A DNA stretch of 64,000 nucleotides, from NCBI GenBank assembly GCA_051892195.1, contig JBJFFZ010000141.1:8352-72351 (forward strand). The letters run 5' to 3'. The notes under the pieces are model-generated. The model had not been told where the DNA came from, did not search any database, and saw only the letters and a program-made list of their open reading frames with translations. Numbering within the stretch: the first letter of the stretch is position 1; each line of letters opens with the position of its first letter. Made by a program: the position numbers and the translations under genes. This DNA is from Anaerovoracaceae bacterium (GTDB lineage Bacteria; Bacillota; Clostridia; Peptostreptococcales; Anaerovoracaceae). Below, one piece after another: positions 47,348 to 56,402 of this stretch.

Positions 47348-48526
47348 ATGCACGTATATCTGGATAACAGTGCAACCACAAAACAGAGTCCGGAAGTAAT
47401 CCGGACCATGGTGCGGATTATGGAGGAACAGTATGGAAATCCGTCGTCCCTTCACCGCATGGGCGTTGAGGCCGAAAAAGCGGTAAAATCTGCACGAAAG
47501 AAGCTTGCAGCAGCTGCAGGCGCAAGAGATGAAGAAATCTATTTTACCTCCTGCGGAACAGAATCAGACAACACGGCGATTTTTGGCGCATGCAGAATGC
47601 TTGGCAGACAGGGAAATCATATAATTACTTCCGATACAGAGCATGCCGCTGTGCTGGAAAGCTTCAGGCGGATGAAGCAGGAGGGCATGGAGGTCACCAT
47701 TCTGGAGACTGATGAAGAAGGCTTTGTACGGATGGACAGGCTGGAGGACGCACTGAACGATCAGACCATTCTGGTATCCGTCATGCATGTCAACAATGAA
47801 TCCGGTGCAATTCAGCCTGTGAGAAAGATCGGAGAACTGATCCGCAAGAAAGCGCCAAAGGCATTGTTTCACTGCGACGCAGTGCAGTCCTTTGGAAAGC
47901 TGCCGGTACAGGTTCACGAAAACGGCATCGATCTGCTCAGCGCCAGCGCCCACAAGATTCACGGACCGAAAGGCATGGGCATGCTGTATGTGAGAAAGGG
48001 AATCCATCTGCCGCCGTACCTGTGCGGAGGCGGTCAGGAAAGCGGCATGCGCTCCGGAACCGAAAACGTTCCGGGAATCGCAGGCTTTGGTGTGGCTGCA
48101 GAGGCAGCATTTACGAACATGGAGAAGAACCTTGCGTATGTGGGGGCCCTGAAGGACCATCTGCTTGCAGGCATCCGGGCAAATATTCCGGATATTCTGG
48201 TCAACAGTCCGGAGCATGACTGTCTGCCCCATATACTCAATATCAGCTTTCTGGGAACCCGTGGGGAGGTACTGCTGCACATGCTGGAACAAAGCGGCAT
48301 CTTCGTTTCCACAGGCTCTGCCTGTTCCTCCCACGGAAAAGGGGGAAGCCATGTTCTTGCGGCTATGGGGCGCAGTCCTCAGGAAATTGAAGGGGCAGTC
48401 CGATTCAGTCTGTCGCCGTACAACACCCTGGAAGAAATGGACTATGTGCTGGAAAAACTCACAGAGGCGGTGAAGGATCACCGGAAAATGATGTCCATTG
48501 CGGCGGGAGCAAAAAGGAGAAGATAG
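47348..48526 (+). CDS. iscS: cysteine desulfurase (NifS/IscS family)
   Basis: YLDNSATT, SAHKIHGPKG (PLP lysine) and the GSACSS catalytic-cysteine loop. Confidence 0.93.
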   Translation: MHVYLDNSATTKQSPEVIRTMVRIMEEQYGNPSSLHRMGVEAEKAVKSARKKLAAAAGARDEEIYFTSCGTESDNTAIFGACRMLGRQGNHIITSDTEHAAVLESFRRMKQEGMEVTILETDEEGFVRMDRLEDALNDQTILVSVMHVNNESGAIQPVRKIGELIRKKAPKALFHCDAVQSFGKLPVQVHENGIDLLSASAHKIHGPKGMGMLYVRKGIHLPPYLCGGGQESGMRSGTENVPGIAGFGVAAEAAFTNMEKNLAYVGALKDHLLAGIRANIPDILVNSPEHDCLPHILNISFLGTRGEVLLHMLEQSGIFVSTGSACSSHGKGGSHVLAAMGRSPQEIEGAVRFSLSPYNTLEEMDYVLEKLTEAVKDHRKMMSIAAGAKRRR

Positions 48527-48528
48527 AA

Positions 48529-49719
48529 ATGCAGGAAAAAAATACATTTATTGTAAGATGCGGAGAGGTTGCCCTCAAGGGCATGAACAAGCCGTATTTT
48601 GAACGTATGCTGGTGGAACGGATCCGCAAGGTGCTGAAGAAGTACGGAAGCGGAATCGAAGTAAAGCGTCAGGAGGGTCTGATCTTTGTCTACGCTCCGC
48701 AGGAGCTGGGGGTTGACGGAGTCATCGCAGATATTTCAAAGGTATTTGGCGTAGCTTCCGTGAGCCATGCTCTGGAAACGGCTTCCGATATGGAAGCCAT
48801 CGGAAAGGCCGCCGGCGAATATATGCTGGACCTGATGCAGAAGCGGAATTTTACCACCTTCAAGGTGGAAGCAAAGCGGGCCGACAAGAGCTTTCCGCTG
48901 GAGTCTCCGCGAATCGCAAAGGAGATCGGAGGCAGCGTGCTGAAAGCCTGTAAGGTGCTGAAGGTGGATGTGCACCATCCGGAGGCGGTGCTTTACGTCA
49001 ATGTCAGAAAGACCGGGACGTTTATCTATGCAGATAAGATCAAGGGCTTCGGAGGGCTTCCTCTGGGGACCAACGGCAAGGGTCTCATTCTTCTGTCCGG
49101 GGGCATCGACAGCCCTGTGGCAGCGTGGATGATGGCAAAGCGGGGCATGCTGATCGAGGCGGTTCACTTTCATTCTTATCCGTACACCAGTGAGCGTGCC
49201 AGAGAAAAGGTCCACGACCTGGCACGGATCATCGCCGGCTACTGCGGGCGGATCAAGGTGCATTCCATCAATCTTCTGGAGATTCAGCAGGCCATCGGGG
49301 AAAACTGCCCCGAGGATGAGATGACCATTCTGTCCAGACGCTTTATGATGATGATTGCAGAACGGGTGGCGGTGCGCAACGGCTGTGATATGCTGATTAC
49401 CGGTGAAAACATCGGTCAGGTGGCCAGTCAGACGGTTCAGGGACTGGTGGTGACAGACAATGCAGTTCAGATGCCTGTGATGCGTCCTCTGATCGCCCTG
49501 GACAAGGTGGATATCATGGAGATTGCCCAGAAGATCGGCACCTTTGAAACGTCCATTCAGCCTTTTGAAGACTGCTGTACGGTCTTTCTTCCAAAGCATC
49601 CGGTGACAAAGCCGAAGCTTGAACGGATACTGGAGTCCGAATCGAAGCTGGATGTGGAGGGTCTGATCCAGTCTGCACTTCAAACAAGAGATACTGTTGT
49701 AATCGAACCAGAGCTGTAA
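48529..49719 (+). CDS. thiI: tRNA 4-thiouridine synthase ThiI
   Basis: THUMP-like N-terminus and PP-loop LSGGIDSPVA, immediately after the cysteine desulfurase gene. Confidence 0.95.
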   Translation: MQEKNTFIVRCGEVALKGMNKPYFERMLVERIRKVLKKYGSGIEVKRQEGLIFVYAPQELGVDGVIADISKVFGVASVSHALETASDMEAIGKAAGEYMLDLMQKRNFTTFKVEAKRADKSFPLESPRIAKEIGGSVLKACKVLKVDVHHPEAVLYVNVRKTGTFIYADKIKGFGGLPLGTNGKGLILLSGGIDSPVAAWMMAKRGMLIEAVHFHSYPYTSERAREKVHDLARIIAGYCGRIKVHSINLLEIQQAIGENCPEDEMTILSRRFMMMIAERVAVRNGCDMLITGENIGQVASQTVQGLVVTDNAVQMPVMRPLIALDKVDIMEIAQKIGTFETSIQPFEDCCTVFLPKHPVTKPKLERILESESKLDVEGLIQSALQTRDTVVIEPEL

Positions 49720-49764
49720 TTATTGCAGATATAAGCGGAGCTGTCCGGGAAAGCAGGTGAAGTC

Positions 49765-50481
49765 ATGCCGCCAAAGGCAAAATATACAAGGGAAGATATT
49801 TCAGAGGCCGCCTTTCAGATGACCAGAACAATGGGGATCCAGTCTGTTACAGCCAGAGAGCTGGGACGTTATATGGGAACCTCATCAAGACCGATCTTTT
49901 CATATTTTACAGGAATGGAGGACGTAAAAAAATCCGTAGAGGAAAAAGCCAGGGCCATGTACCGGGAATACATGGTAAAGTGCCTGGAAATGTCCATTCC
50001 GTTTCAGGGAGCCGGCATGCAGCATATCCGGTTTGCTGCGGAACAGCCATATCTGTTTGAGCTGCTGTTTATGTCGCAGAATGACAGCAGGCCTTCCCTG
50101 TCCCAGCTGCCAGACAGCCTTCAGATGGGAGATGTGTACTCCATTGTGCGCAATTCCGTGATGGAATACTACGGGCTTAATGAAAAGGCCGCAGGCCGGA
50201 TGTTTCTACATCTGTGGATTTACGGACACGGAATCGCATGCCTGTGCGCGGAGGGCATGTGCAGCTATACCGTAGAGGAGATCGCAGGTCTCTTCGCCGA
50301 ACAGTGCGCCGGAATCCTGAAGCTTTTTAAGGAGGTTCCGGGCATGGAGGAGTGCATTTTTGATCCGGCAAAGGCATTTTCATCGATTCCGGGAGTCAGA
50401 AAACCGGATTTTACAAAAAAGAACCCTGCAGAAGATAAGATTGAGAGAAAGGAAAGGATGATGCAGCATGTCAGAGACTGA
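49765..50481 (+). CDS. TetR/AcrR family transcriptional regulator
   Basis: N-terminal HTH (ISEAAFQMTRTMGIQSVTARELGRYMGTSSRPIFSYF). Overlaps the downstream aminopeptidase gene by 14 nt. Confidence 0.85.
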   Translation: MPPKAKYTREDISEAAFQMTRTMGIQSVTARELGRYMGTSSRPIFSYFTGMEDVKKSVEEKARAMYREYMVKCLEMSIPFQGAGMQHIRFAAEQPYLFELLFMSQNDSRPSLSQLPDSLQMGDVYSIVRNSVMEYYGLNEKAAGRMFLHLWIYGHGIACLCAEGMCSYTVEEIAGLFAEQCAGILKLFKEVPGMEECIFDPAKAFSSIPGVRKPDFTKKNPAEDKIERKERMMQHVRD

Positions 50482-51883
50482 AAAGACAGCAATTTCCGAA
50501 GAAGCGGACACAGAAGAAAAGAAGACAGAAAAAACCTGGAAAGGCCTTGATCACCAGCTGAAAAAGGAAATCATGGCCTTTGCCGATGGATATATGGAAT
50601 TTCTCGATCAGGCAAAAACAGAGCGGGAAGCAGTAAAAACCATCCGGGAAATGGCGGAAGCCCGGGGCTTCCGGGATATCCGCAGAGCGGATTCTCTGCA
50701 GCCGGGGGACAAGGTTTACGGAATCAACAAGAACAAATCCATGTACCTTGCAGTGGTGGGAAAAGAGCCTCTTACGGAGGGCTTCAACGCAGTAGGAGCC
50801 CACATCGATGCTCCGCGGCTGGATCTGAAGCAGAACCCACTTTACGAGGACAGCGATATTGCCCTTCTGAAGACCCATTATTACGGCGGCATCCGCAAGT
50901 ACCAGTGGACGGCAGTTCCTCTGGCACTCCACGGCGTAGTTGCCCTGACCGACGGCTCTGTGGTGGATATCACCATTGGCGAGGAGCAGGATGAGCCTGT
51001 ATTTCTGGTGACGGATCTGCTTCCGCATCTTGCGGCAAAGCAGAACGCAAAGAAGCTGGCGGAGGGCGTAACTGCAGAAAACCTTAATATCGTCTTCGGG
51101 TCCATTCCAAAGAAGGATACGGCAGGGGAGGCGGTAAAAGCAGCCATCCTGGACATTCTGAAAGAAAAATACGGCATGGAGGAAGAGGATTTTCACAGTG
51201 CAGAGATTGAAGCCGTTCCAGCAGCAAAAGCCCGTTCTCTGGGAATCGACCGGAGCATGGTGGCTGCCTACGGACAGGATGACCGGGTGTGCGCATATCC
51301 GTCCGTCATGGGAATCTTTGACGTGGAGGCACCGGAACGTACTGCAGTGTGCCTGCTTTCCGACAAGGAGGAAATCGGCAGCGTGGGCAACACCGGCATG
51401 GAATCCAGAAACTTTGAGCTGTTTGTCATGGAGCTTTTGGAAAAGACGGGCATCATGAACCCGTATGCCCTTCAGCGGACCCTGTCCGCCTCCAGAGCCC
51501 TGTCTGCGGATGTGACGGCAGCCTTCGACCCAACCTATCCGGAGGTTATGGAAAAGCACAACGCAGCCTTTATGGGAAAGGGCATCAGCATCAACAAATA
51601 CACCGGAGCCCGGGGCAAATCCGGAGCCTCCGATGCCAACGCCGAGTTTCTGGGCTTTGTGAGAGGCCTGTTCAAAGAGGCAGGCGTGGTATATCAGTCC
51701 TCCGAACTGGGAAAGGTAGACGAAGGAGGCGGCGGAACCATCGCCTATATTCTGGCAAACCGGGGCATGGATGTGGTGGACTGCGGAGTGCCCGTTCACT
51801 CCATGCACTCCCCTTACGAATCCGCAAGCAAATACGATATCTACATGGCATATCAGGCATACAGGGCATTTCTGAAAAAATAG
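50468..51883 (+). CDS. M18 family aminopeptidase
   Basis: AHIDAPRLDLK, GQDDRVCAY, SDKEEIGS and VHSMHSP motifs, typical of M18 aminopeptidase 1. Confidence 0.9.
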   Translation: MSETEKTAISEEADTEEKKTEKTWKGLDHQLKKEIMAFADGYMEFLDQAKTEREAVKTIREMAEARGFRDIRRADSLQPGDKVYGINKNKSMYLAVVGKEPLTEGFNAVGAHIDAPRLDLKQNPLYEDSDIALLKTHYYGGIRKYQWTAVPLALHGVVALTDGSVVDITIGEEQDEPVFLVTDLLPHLAAKQNAKKLAEGVTAENLNIVFGSIPKKDTAGEAVKAAILDILKEKYGMEEEDFHSAEIEAVPAAKARSLGIDRSMVAAYGQDDRVCAYPSVMGIFDVEAPERTAVCLLSDKEEIGSVGNTGMESRNFELFVMELLEKTGIMNPYALQRTLSASRALSADVTAAFDPTYPEVMEKHNAAFMGKGISINKYTGARGKSGASDANAEFLGFVRGLFKEAGVVYQSSELGKVDEGGGGTIAYILANRGMDVVDCGVPVHSMHSPYESASKYDIYMAYQAYRAFLKK

Positions 51884-51969
51884 AGAGGCTCAGGCCGGCA
51901 GGGCTCCCGCCCTGAAATACAACTCCGAGTTGCAGCGTGAGACAGGCTGCAGGAAAGGCAGAATACATA

Positions 51970-52653
51970 ATGTCAGAACTTATTCTTCAATGGCATGGAC
52001 ATGCGTGCTTTGAACTTTCATATGCAGGACATTCCCTGGTAATCGATCCGTATTATCAGGTACCCGGCTATCCAAAGCTTGCCCTTGAGGCAGGTCAGGT
52101 GTTTGCCAGCCATACCCAGCACGACGATCACGGATATTTTGATGCGGTGACTCTGGTGGAGCAGCCGGGAGAAAATCCTTTTTCTGTGGAGACCGTGGAC
52201 ACGTTTCATGACGGGGAAGGCGGAAGCCTCCGGGGTAACAATAAAATGACCATCTTTGAGGCGGGCGGAGTCCGCGTCGCCCATGTGGGGGATCTGGGAC
52301 ACGAGCTTTCTGAGGAACAGCTGGAGGCTATCCGGGGGGTGGATATGGCCCTGATTCCGGTGGGAGGCTTTTACACCATCGATGGCGTTCAGGCCGCAGC
52401 CCTGGCAAAAGCCTGCGGCGCTTCCATTGTGGTTCCCATGCATTTTCGCAGAGACGGACGGGGCTTTGACGTGATCGCAGAGCCGGAGGTGTTTCTGAAT
52501 GCCCTGGATGGCGGCATAGAAACCATGGAAGCGGATGACGGCATGATCCGGGTGAAGGACCGGCAGGCCTTCCTTTGCGTAAAAGGCGAAGAAAGGTGCA
52601 TCGGCCTTGGCGACGGAAGACAGCATGCGGTTGTGCTGAATTTCTCCGAGTAA
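51970..52653 (+). CDS. MBL-fold metal-dependent hydrolase
   Basis: WHGHACFEL...VIDPY...SHTQHDDHG (HxHxDH-like motif). Confidence 0.85.
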   Translation: MSELILQWHGHACFELSYAGHSLVIDPYYQVPGYPKLALEAGQVFASHTQHDDHGYFDAVTLVEQPGENPFSVETVDTFHDGEGGSLRGNNKMTIFEAGGVRVAHVGDLGHELSEEQLEAIRGVDMALIPVGGFYTIDGVQAAALAKACGASIVVPMHFRRDGRGFDVIAEPEVFLNALDGGIETMEADDGMIRVKDRQAFLCVKGEERCIGLGDGRQHAVVLNFSE

Positions 52654-52668
52654 AGAAGAATTCAACAG

Positions 52669-53166
52669 ATGGGGGTTAGAGAAGCAATGCTTGAAGCAAT
52701 CGAAGCCAGCTATTTCGGGAAAATGCTTGTGACCTTTGTGGTCTCCATGGCTCCGGTGGTGGAGCTTCGGGGGGGAATTCCCTTTGGAGCCGCTCTGGGA
52801 CTGGATCCGCTGAGCGCTGCAGCTGCAGCGGTACTGGGCAATCTGGTGCCGGTGCCGTTTATCATTCTTTTTGTCCGCTATGTGTTTGCCTGGCTGAAGC
52901 GGTTTCCGCGGTTGGGCAGTCTGGTGGAACGGATGGAGAAGAAGGCACACCTGAAAAGCAGGACCGTAATGAAATACCAGAAGGTGGGGCTCTGCATCCT
53001 GGTGGCCATCCCTCTGCCAGGAACCGGCGCCTGGACCGGGGCCCTTGTTGCAGCCATTATGGACATGCGCCTGAAGCGGGCGGTGCCCCCCATCGTTGCG
53101 GGGGTGCTCATCGCAGCGGGGATTGTGTCCTGCATCACCTACGGGCTCATAGCGGCTTTGTTTTAA
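52669..53166 (+). CDS. small multidrug-export-like membrane protein (COG2426 family)
   Basis: ELRGGIPFGAALGLDP motif and 4 TM helices. Alternative start at 52687. Confidence 0.75.
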   Translation: MGVREAMLEAIEASYFGKMLVTFVVSMAPVVELRGGIPFGAALGLDPLSAAAAAVLGNLVPVPFIILFVRYVFAWLKRFPRLGSLVERMEKKAHLKSRTVMKYQKVGLCILVAIPLPGTGAWTGALVAAIMDMRLKRAVPPIVAGVLIAAGIVSCITYGLIAALF

Positions 53167-53357
53167 ACAGGAAAGCTGTCGCAGATGTGCGGCAGTTTTT
53201 TTGTGCCCGGGGACCGGGCGAATGTGAATAAAGATAAAAAAACATGTATAAATATACGAAAAAACGAGAATAAATATACACATTTGTGAATGTTTATGCT
53301 ATTCTATGGAAGACACGTTTGCAATCATGTTAAATCATTGAAAGAGGAAAGATTTTT

Positions 53358-54821
53358 ATGGAAAAAGAAACAAAGCAGAAAAAGGAGCCGCGGCAGCCGA
53401 AGATTTTTCATTCGGCCATTGCCTTCGGCATCCTTATTGCCGCAATGGCAGTAGGGATTATTGTATTTGGAACCGACGTTCACGTTCCTATGTTTATCGG
53501 CGTTGTTGCAGCCGCCTGCATGGCCCTGTATCTGGGGTTCAGCTGGGAATTTATTGAAAAATCCATGATGGACGGCATCTACAACGCGCTTCAGGCAGTT
53601 ATGATCCTGATCATTGTCGGGATTCTTGTAGGGGTGTGGATCGTAGGGGGCATCGTTCCTGCCATGATCTACTACGGACTGAAGCTTCTGTCGCCGTCTG
53701 TCTTCCTGGTGGCAGCCCTTCTGATCTGCTCCATTACATCTCTGGCCACCGGTACTGCGTGGGGAACCATGAGTACCATGGGTCTGGCCCTTATGGGCAT
53801 CGCTCTGGGGCTTGGTATTCCGGCTCCTATGGCAGCAGGCGCCATTATTTCCGGCGCTTACTTCGGCGACAAGATGTCTCCGCTGTCTGATACCACAAAC
53901 CTCGCTCCTGCCATGGCAGGCACCGATGTGTTTACCCATGTAAAGTTCATGATTCTTCCGACGGCCATCGCCTACGGCATCGCCATCGTGTCCTTTGCTG
54001 TCATGGGCGTTTCCTACGCCAACAGCGGAGCAGCCGCAGACGTATCCGCCGTGGCGGAGATGAGCGACGGCCTTGCAGCCATGTTCAACATCAACCCGGT
54101 GCTCCTGCTTCCGCCGCTGATTGTCATTCTGGCAGTGGCGCTGAAGATCCCGGCCATTCCGGGCATCACCATCGGCATCATCGCAGGGGGCATCATCGGC
54201 ATGATCTTCCAGGGCAGCGACTGCACCTTCGGCGCCATTCTGGACTGCGGCATGAACGGATTCACCTGCGAAAGCGGCGTGGAAGCCATCGATAACCTCC
54301 TGAGCACCGGCGGTATCAACAACATGCTCTATTCCGTATCCCTGACCATCATCGCCATGATGTTCGGCGGAATCATGGAAAAGACGAGAATGCTGGACGC
54401 TCTGGTGGCAAAGATCGTAAAGATGGTAAAGAAGCCGGTATCCCTGGTCATCGCCACGGAAGCAACCTGCATCCTGAGCAACGCCACCATGCCGGAACAG
54501 TACATCTCCCTGGTTGTTCCTGGCAGAATGTATGCAGAGACTTACCGTGAACGGGGCCTCCACCCAAAGACCCTTTCCAACGCACTGGAAAGCGCCGGCA
54601 CCGTAACCTCCGCACTGATTCCGTGGAACACCTGCGGGGTATTTATCCTGGGAACACTGGGAATTTCAACCTTCGAGTACTTCCCGTATGCGATTTTCAA
54701 CATCGCTGTTCCGATTACAACCATCGTGCTGGCATTCTTCGGCCTCACCATCGCAGACAAGGACGGCGTGAGAATGACAAAGCGGGCTCAGGCAAAGAAG
54801 GCTGCGGCTCAGAATGCATAA
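53358..54821 (+). CDS. nhaC: Na+/H+ antiporter NhaC family
   Basis: About 12 TM helices, with GTAWGTMSTMG and ISGAYFGDKMSPLSDTTNLAP, characteristic of NhaC. Confidence 0.9.
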   Translation: MEKETKQKKEPRQPKIFHSAIAFGILIAAMAVGIIVFGTDVHVPMFIGVVAAACMALYLGFSWEFIEKSMMDGIYNALQAVMILIIVGILVGVWIVGGIVPAMIYYGLKLLSPSVFLVAALLICSITSLATGTAWGTMSTMGLALMGIALGLGIPAPMAAGAIISGAYFGDKMSPLSDTTNLAPAMAGTDVFTHVKFMILPTAIAYGIAIVSFAVMGVSYANSGAAADVSAVAEMSDGLAAMFNINPVLLLPPLIVILAVALKIPAIPGITIGIIAGGIIGMIFQGSDCTFGAILDCGMNGFTCESGVEAIDNLLSTGGINNMLYSVSLTIIAMMFGGIMEKTRMLDALVAKIVKMVKKPVSLVIATEATCILSNATMPEQYISLVVPGRMYAETYRERGLHPKTLSNALESAGTVTSALIPWNTCGVFILGTLGISTFEYFPYAIFNIAVPITTIVLAFFGLTIADKDGVRMTKRAQAKKAAAQNA

Positions 54822-54874
54822 GAAGCGCATGCATTATAAATAAAAAATTAATAATTTCAGAGAATAGTTCACAG

Positions 54875-54915
54875 GAGGGCTGCCTTTCCCAAAAACGGGA
54901 GGGCAGCCCTCTTTG
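54875..54915 (+). terminator. nhaC terminator
   Basis: GAGGGCTGCC...GGCAGCCCTC stem followed by a TTTG run. Confidence 0.55.
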
Positions 54916-55038
54916 CATCTGCCAGGCAGATGCTCCGGCGCCATAGCCGCTGAATTCCGGCCCTTTGCAGGGATTCGGCCCTGATACATTCCTGCTTTAT
55001 CTCTCATTAAGGAATGCTTAAGATTTTTTCTGTTGACG

Positions 55039-55061
55039 GTGTACTACCCATAATAGTACAC
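55039..55061. promoter_or_regulatory. palindromic operator candidate for the YtrA-like GntR regulator
   Basis: GTGTACTA-N7-TAGTACAC, a perfect 8-bp inverted repeat that abuts a TTGACG -35-like hexamer (55033-55038), about 60 nt upstream of the gntR-family gene. Confidence 0.5.
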
Positions 55062-55119
55062 TACAGACAGGCGGGGAAGACCTGCAGTAAAGAAAACCTG
55101 CGAAAGGAGGAAATCAGTT

Positions 55120-55503
55120 TTGTTCCAGTTGGATCTTAAGAGCAGAAAGTCCATCTACGAACAGGTCGTGGACAATGTGAAGGAAATGATCATCACAGGG
55201 GTGCTTCCTTCCGAAACCAGACTGCCGTCTGTTCGTGAAATGTCAAAGACTTTGACGGTGAACCCCAACACGGTTCAAAAGGCGTATCGGGAATTAGAGC
55301 ATCAGGGGTATATCTACACGGTCGCCGGTCTTGGATGCTTTGTCACTGTAAGAGAAGAACAGGAGATTGATAAAAAGAGAGTGGAGCAGATTATGGAAGA
55401 GCTTGTTTCACTGATCCGGGAGCTCATGTATCTTGGAGTTTCCCCAGGGGAGATCAGAAAAAAGATCGATGAAATCTACGCAGAAGGAGGTGTGCAGAGT
55501 TGA
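55120..55503 (+). CDS. GntR family transcriptional regulator, YtrA subfamily (short C-terminus)
   Basis: IYEQV...I..G.L....LPSVREMSK.L.VNPNTVQKAY.ELE..G wHTH. 127 aa. TTG start with an AAAGGAGG RBS. Confidence 0.9.
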   Translation: MFQLDLKSRKSIYEQVVDNVKEMIITGVLPSETRLPSVREMSKTLTVNPNTVQKAYRELEHQGYIYTVAGLGCFVTVREEQEIDKKRVEQIMEELVSLIRELMYLGVSPGEIRKKIDEIYAEGGVQS

Positions 55504-56402
55504 TCACTGTTAAGAATGTCTTCAAGTCCTTTGATGACCATCAGGCACTGAAAGACCTGAGCATTACGGTAGGCAAAGGATCCATCTACGGCCTGGTGGG
55601 AACCAACGGCTCCGGAAAGACCACCATCATCAAGCACCTTACTGGAATACTCAAGCAGGATTCCGGAGAAATCCTTTTTGACGGAGAGCCGGTCTTTGAG
55701 AATACAGAGCTCAAGAAAAAGCTGGGCTTTATTCCGGACGATCTCAGCTATCTTGCCACCTTTACCATGAAGGACGCAGTAAAGTACTATCAGTCCGTGT
55801 ATCCGGTCTGGGATCAGGAGCGGTTTGACGAAATGATCCGCAAGTTCGGTCTGGGCAGCCGCAAAAAAATCCACAGCTTCTCCAAGGGGATGCAGAAGCA
55901 GGCGGCCTTTATCCTGACCATGTGCACCCATCCGGAGTATCTGATTTTAGATGAGCCCATCGACGGGCTTGACCCCATCATCCGCAAGCTGGTGTGGAAA
56001 TACATCATCGACGACGTTTCCGAGTCTCAGATGACCGTGCTGGTTTCCTCCCACAACCTGAGAGAGATGGAGGGCATCTGCGACTGCATCGGCATTCTGG
56101 ACAAGGGGGAAATGAAAATCGAACGGGATCTGGACGAGCTGAAATCAGACATTCACAAGATCCAGGTGGCCTACAGCGATGACGGAGACCACACAAAGAA
56201 ATTTACGCAGCTCAATGTGCTTCATCATGAGCAGCGAGGCAGCGTGGACCTGCTGATCGTGCGAAACGAGCGGGAATATGTCAGAAGAGTCATTGACAGC
56301 GGCCGGCCGCTGATCTTTGATCTCCTTCCTCTGACACTGGAAGAAATCTTCATTTATGAACTGGGAGGTGACAATTATGAGATCCGCGACATCATATTTT
56401 AA
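55500..56402 (+). CDS. ABC transporter ATP-binding protein
   Basis: GTNGSGKTT, FSKGMQKQAAF (signature variant) and LILDEPIDGLD. 4-nt overlap with the gntR-family gene. Confidence 0.92.
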   Translation: MITVKNVFKSFDDHQALKDLSITVGKGSIYGLVGTNGSGKTTIIKHLTGILKQDSGEILFDGEPVFENTELKKKLGFIPDDLSYLATFTMKDAVKYYQSVYPVWDQERFDEMIRKFGLGSRKKIHSFSKGMQKQAAFILTMCTHPEYLILDEPIDGLDPIIRKLVWKYIIDDVSESQMTVLVSSHNLREMEGICDCIGILDKGEMKIERDLDELKSDIHKIQVAYSDDGDHTKKFTQLNVLHHEQRGSVDLLIVRNEREYVRRVIDSGRPLIFDLLPLTLEEIFIYELGGDNYEIRDIIF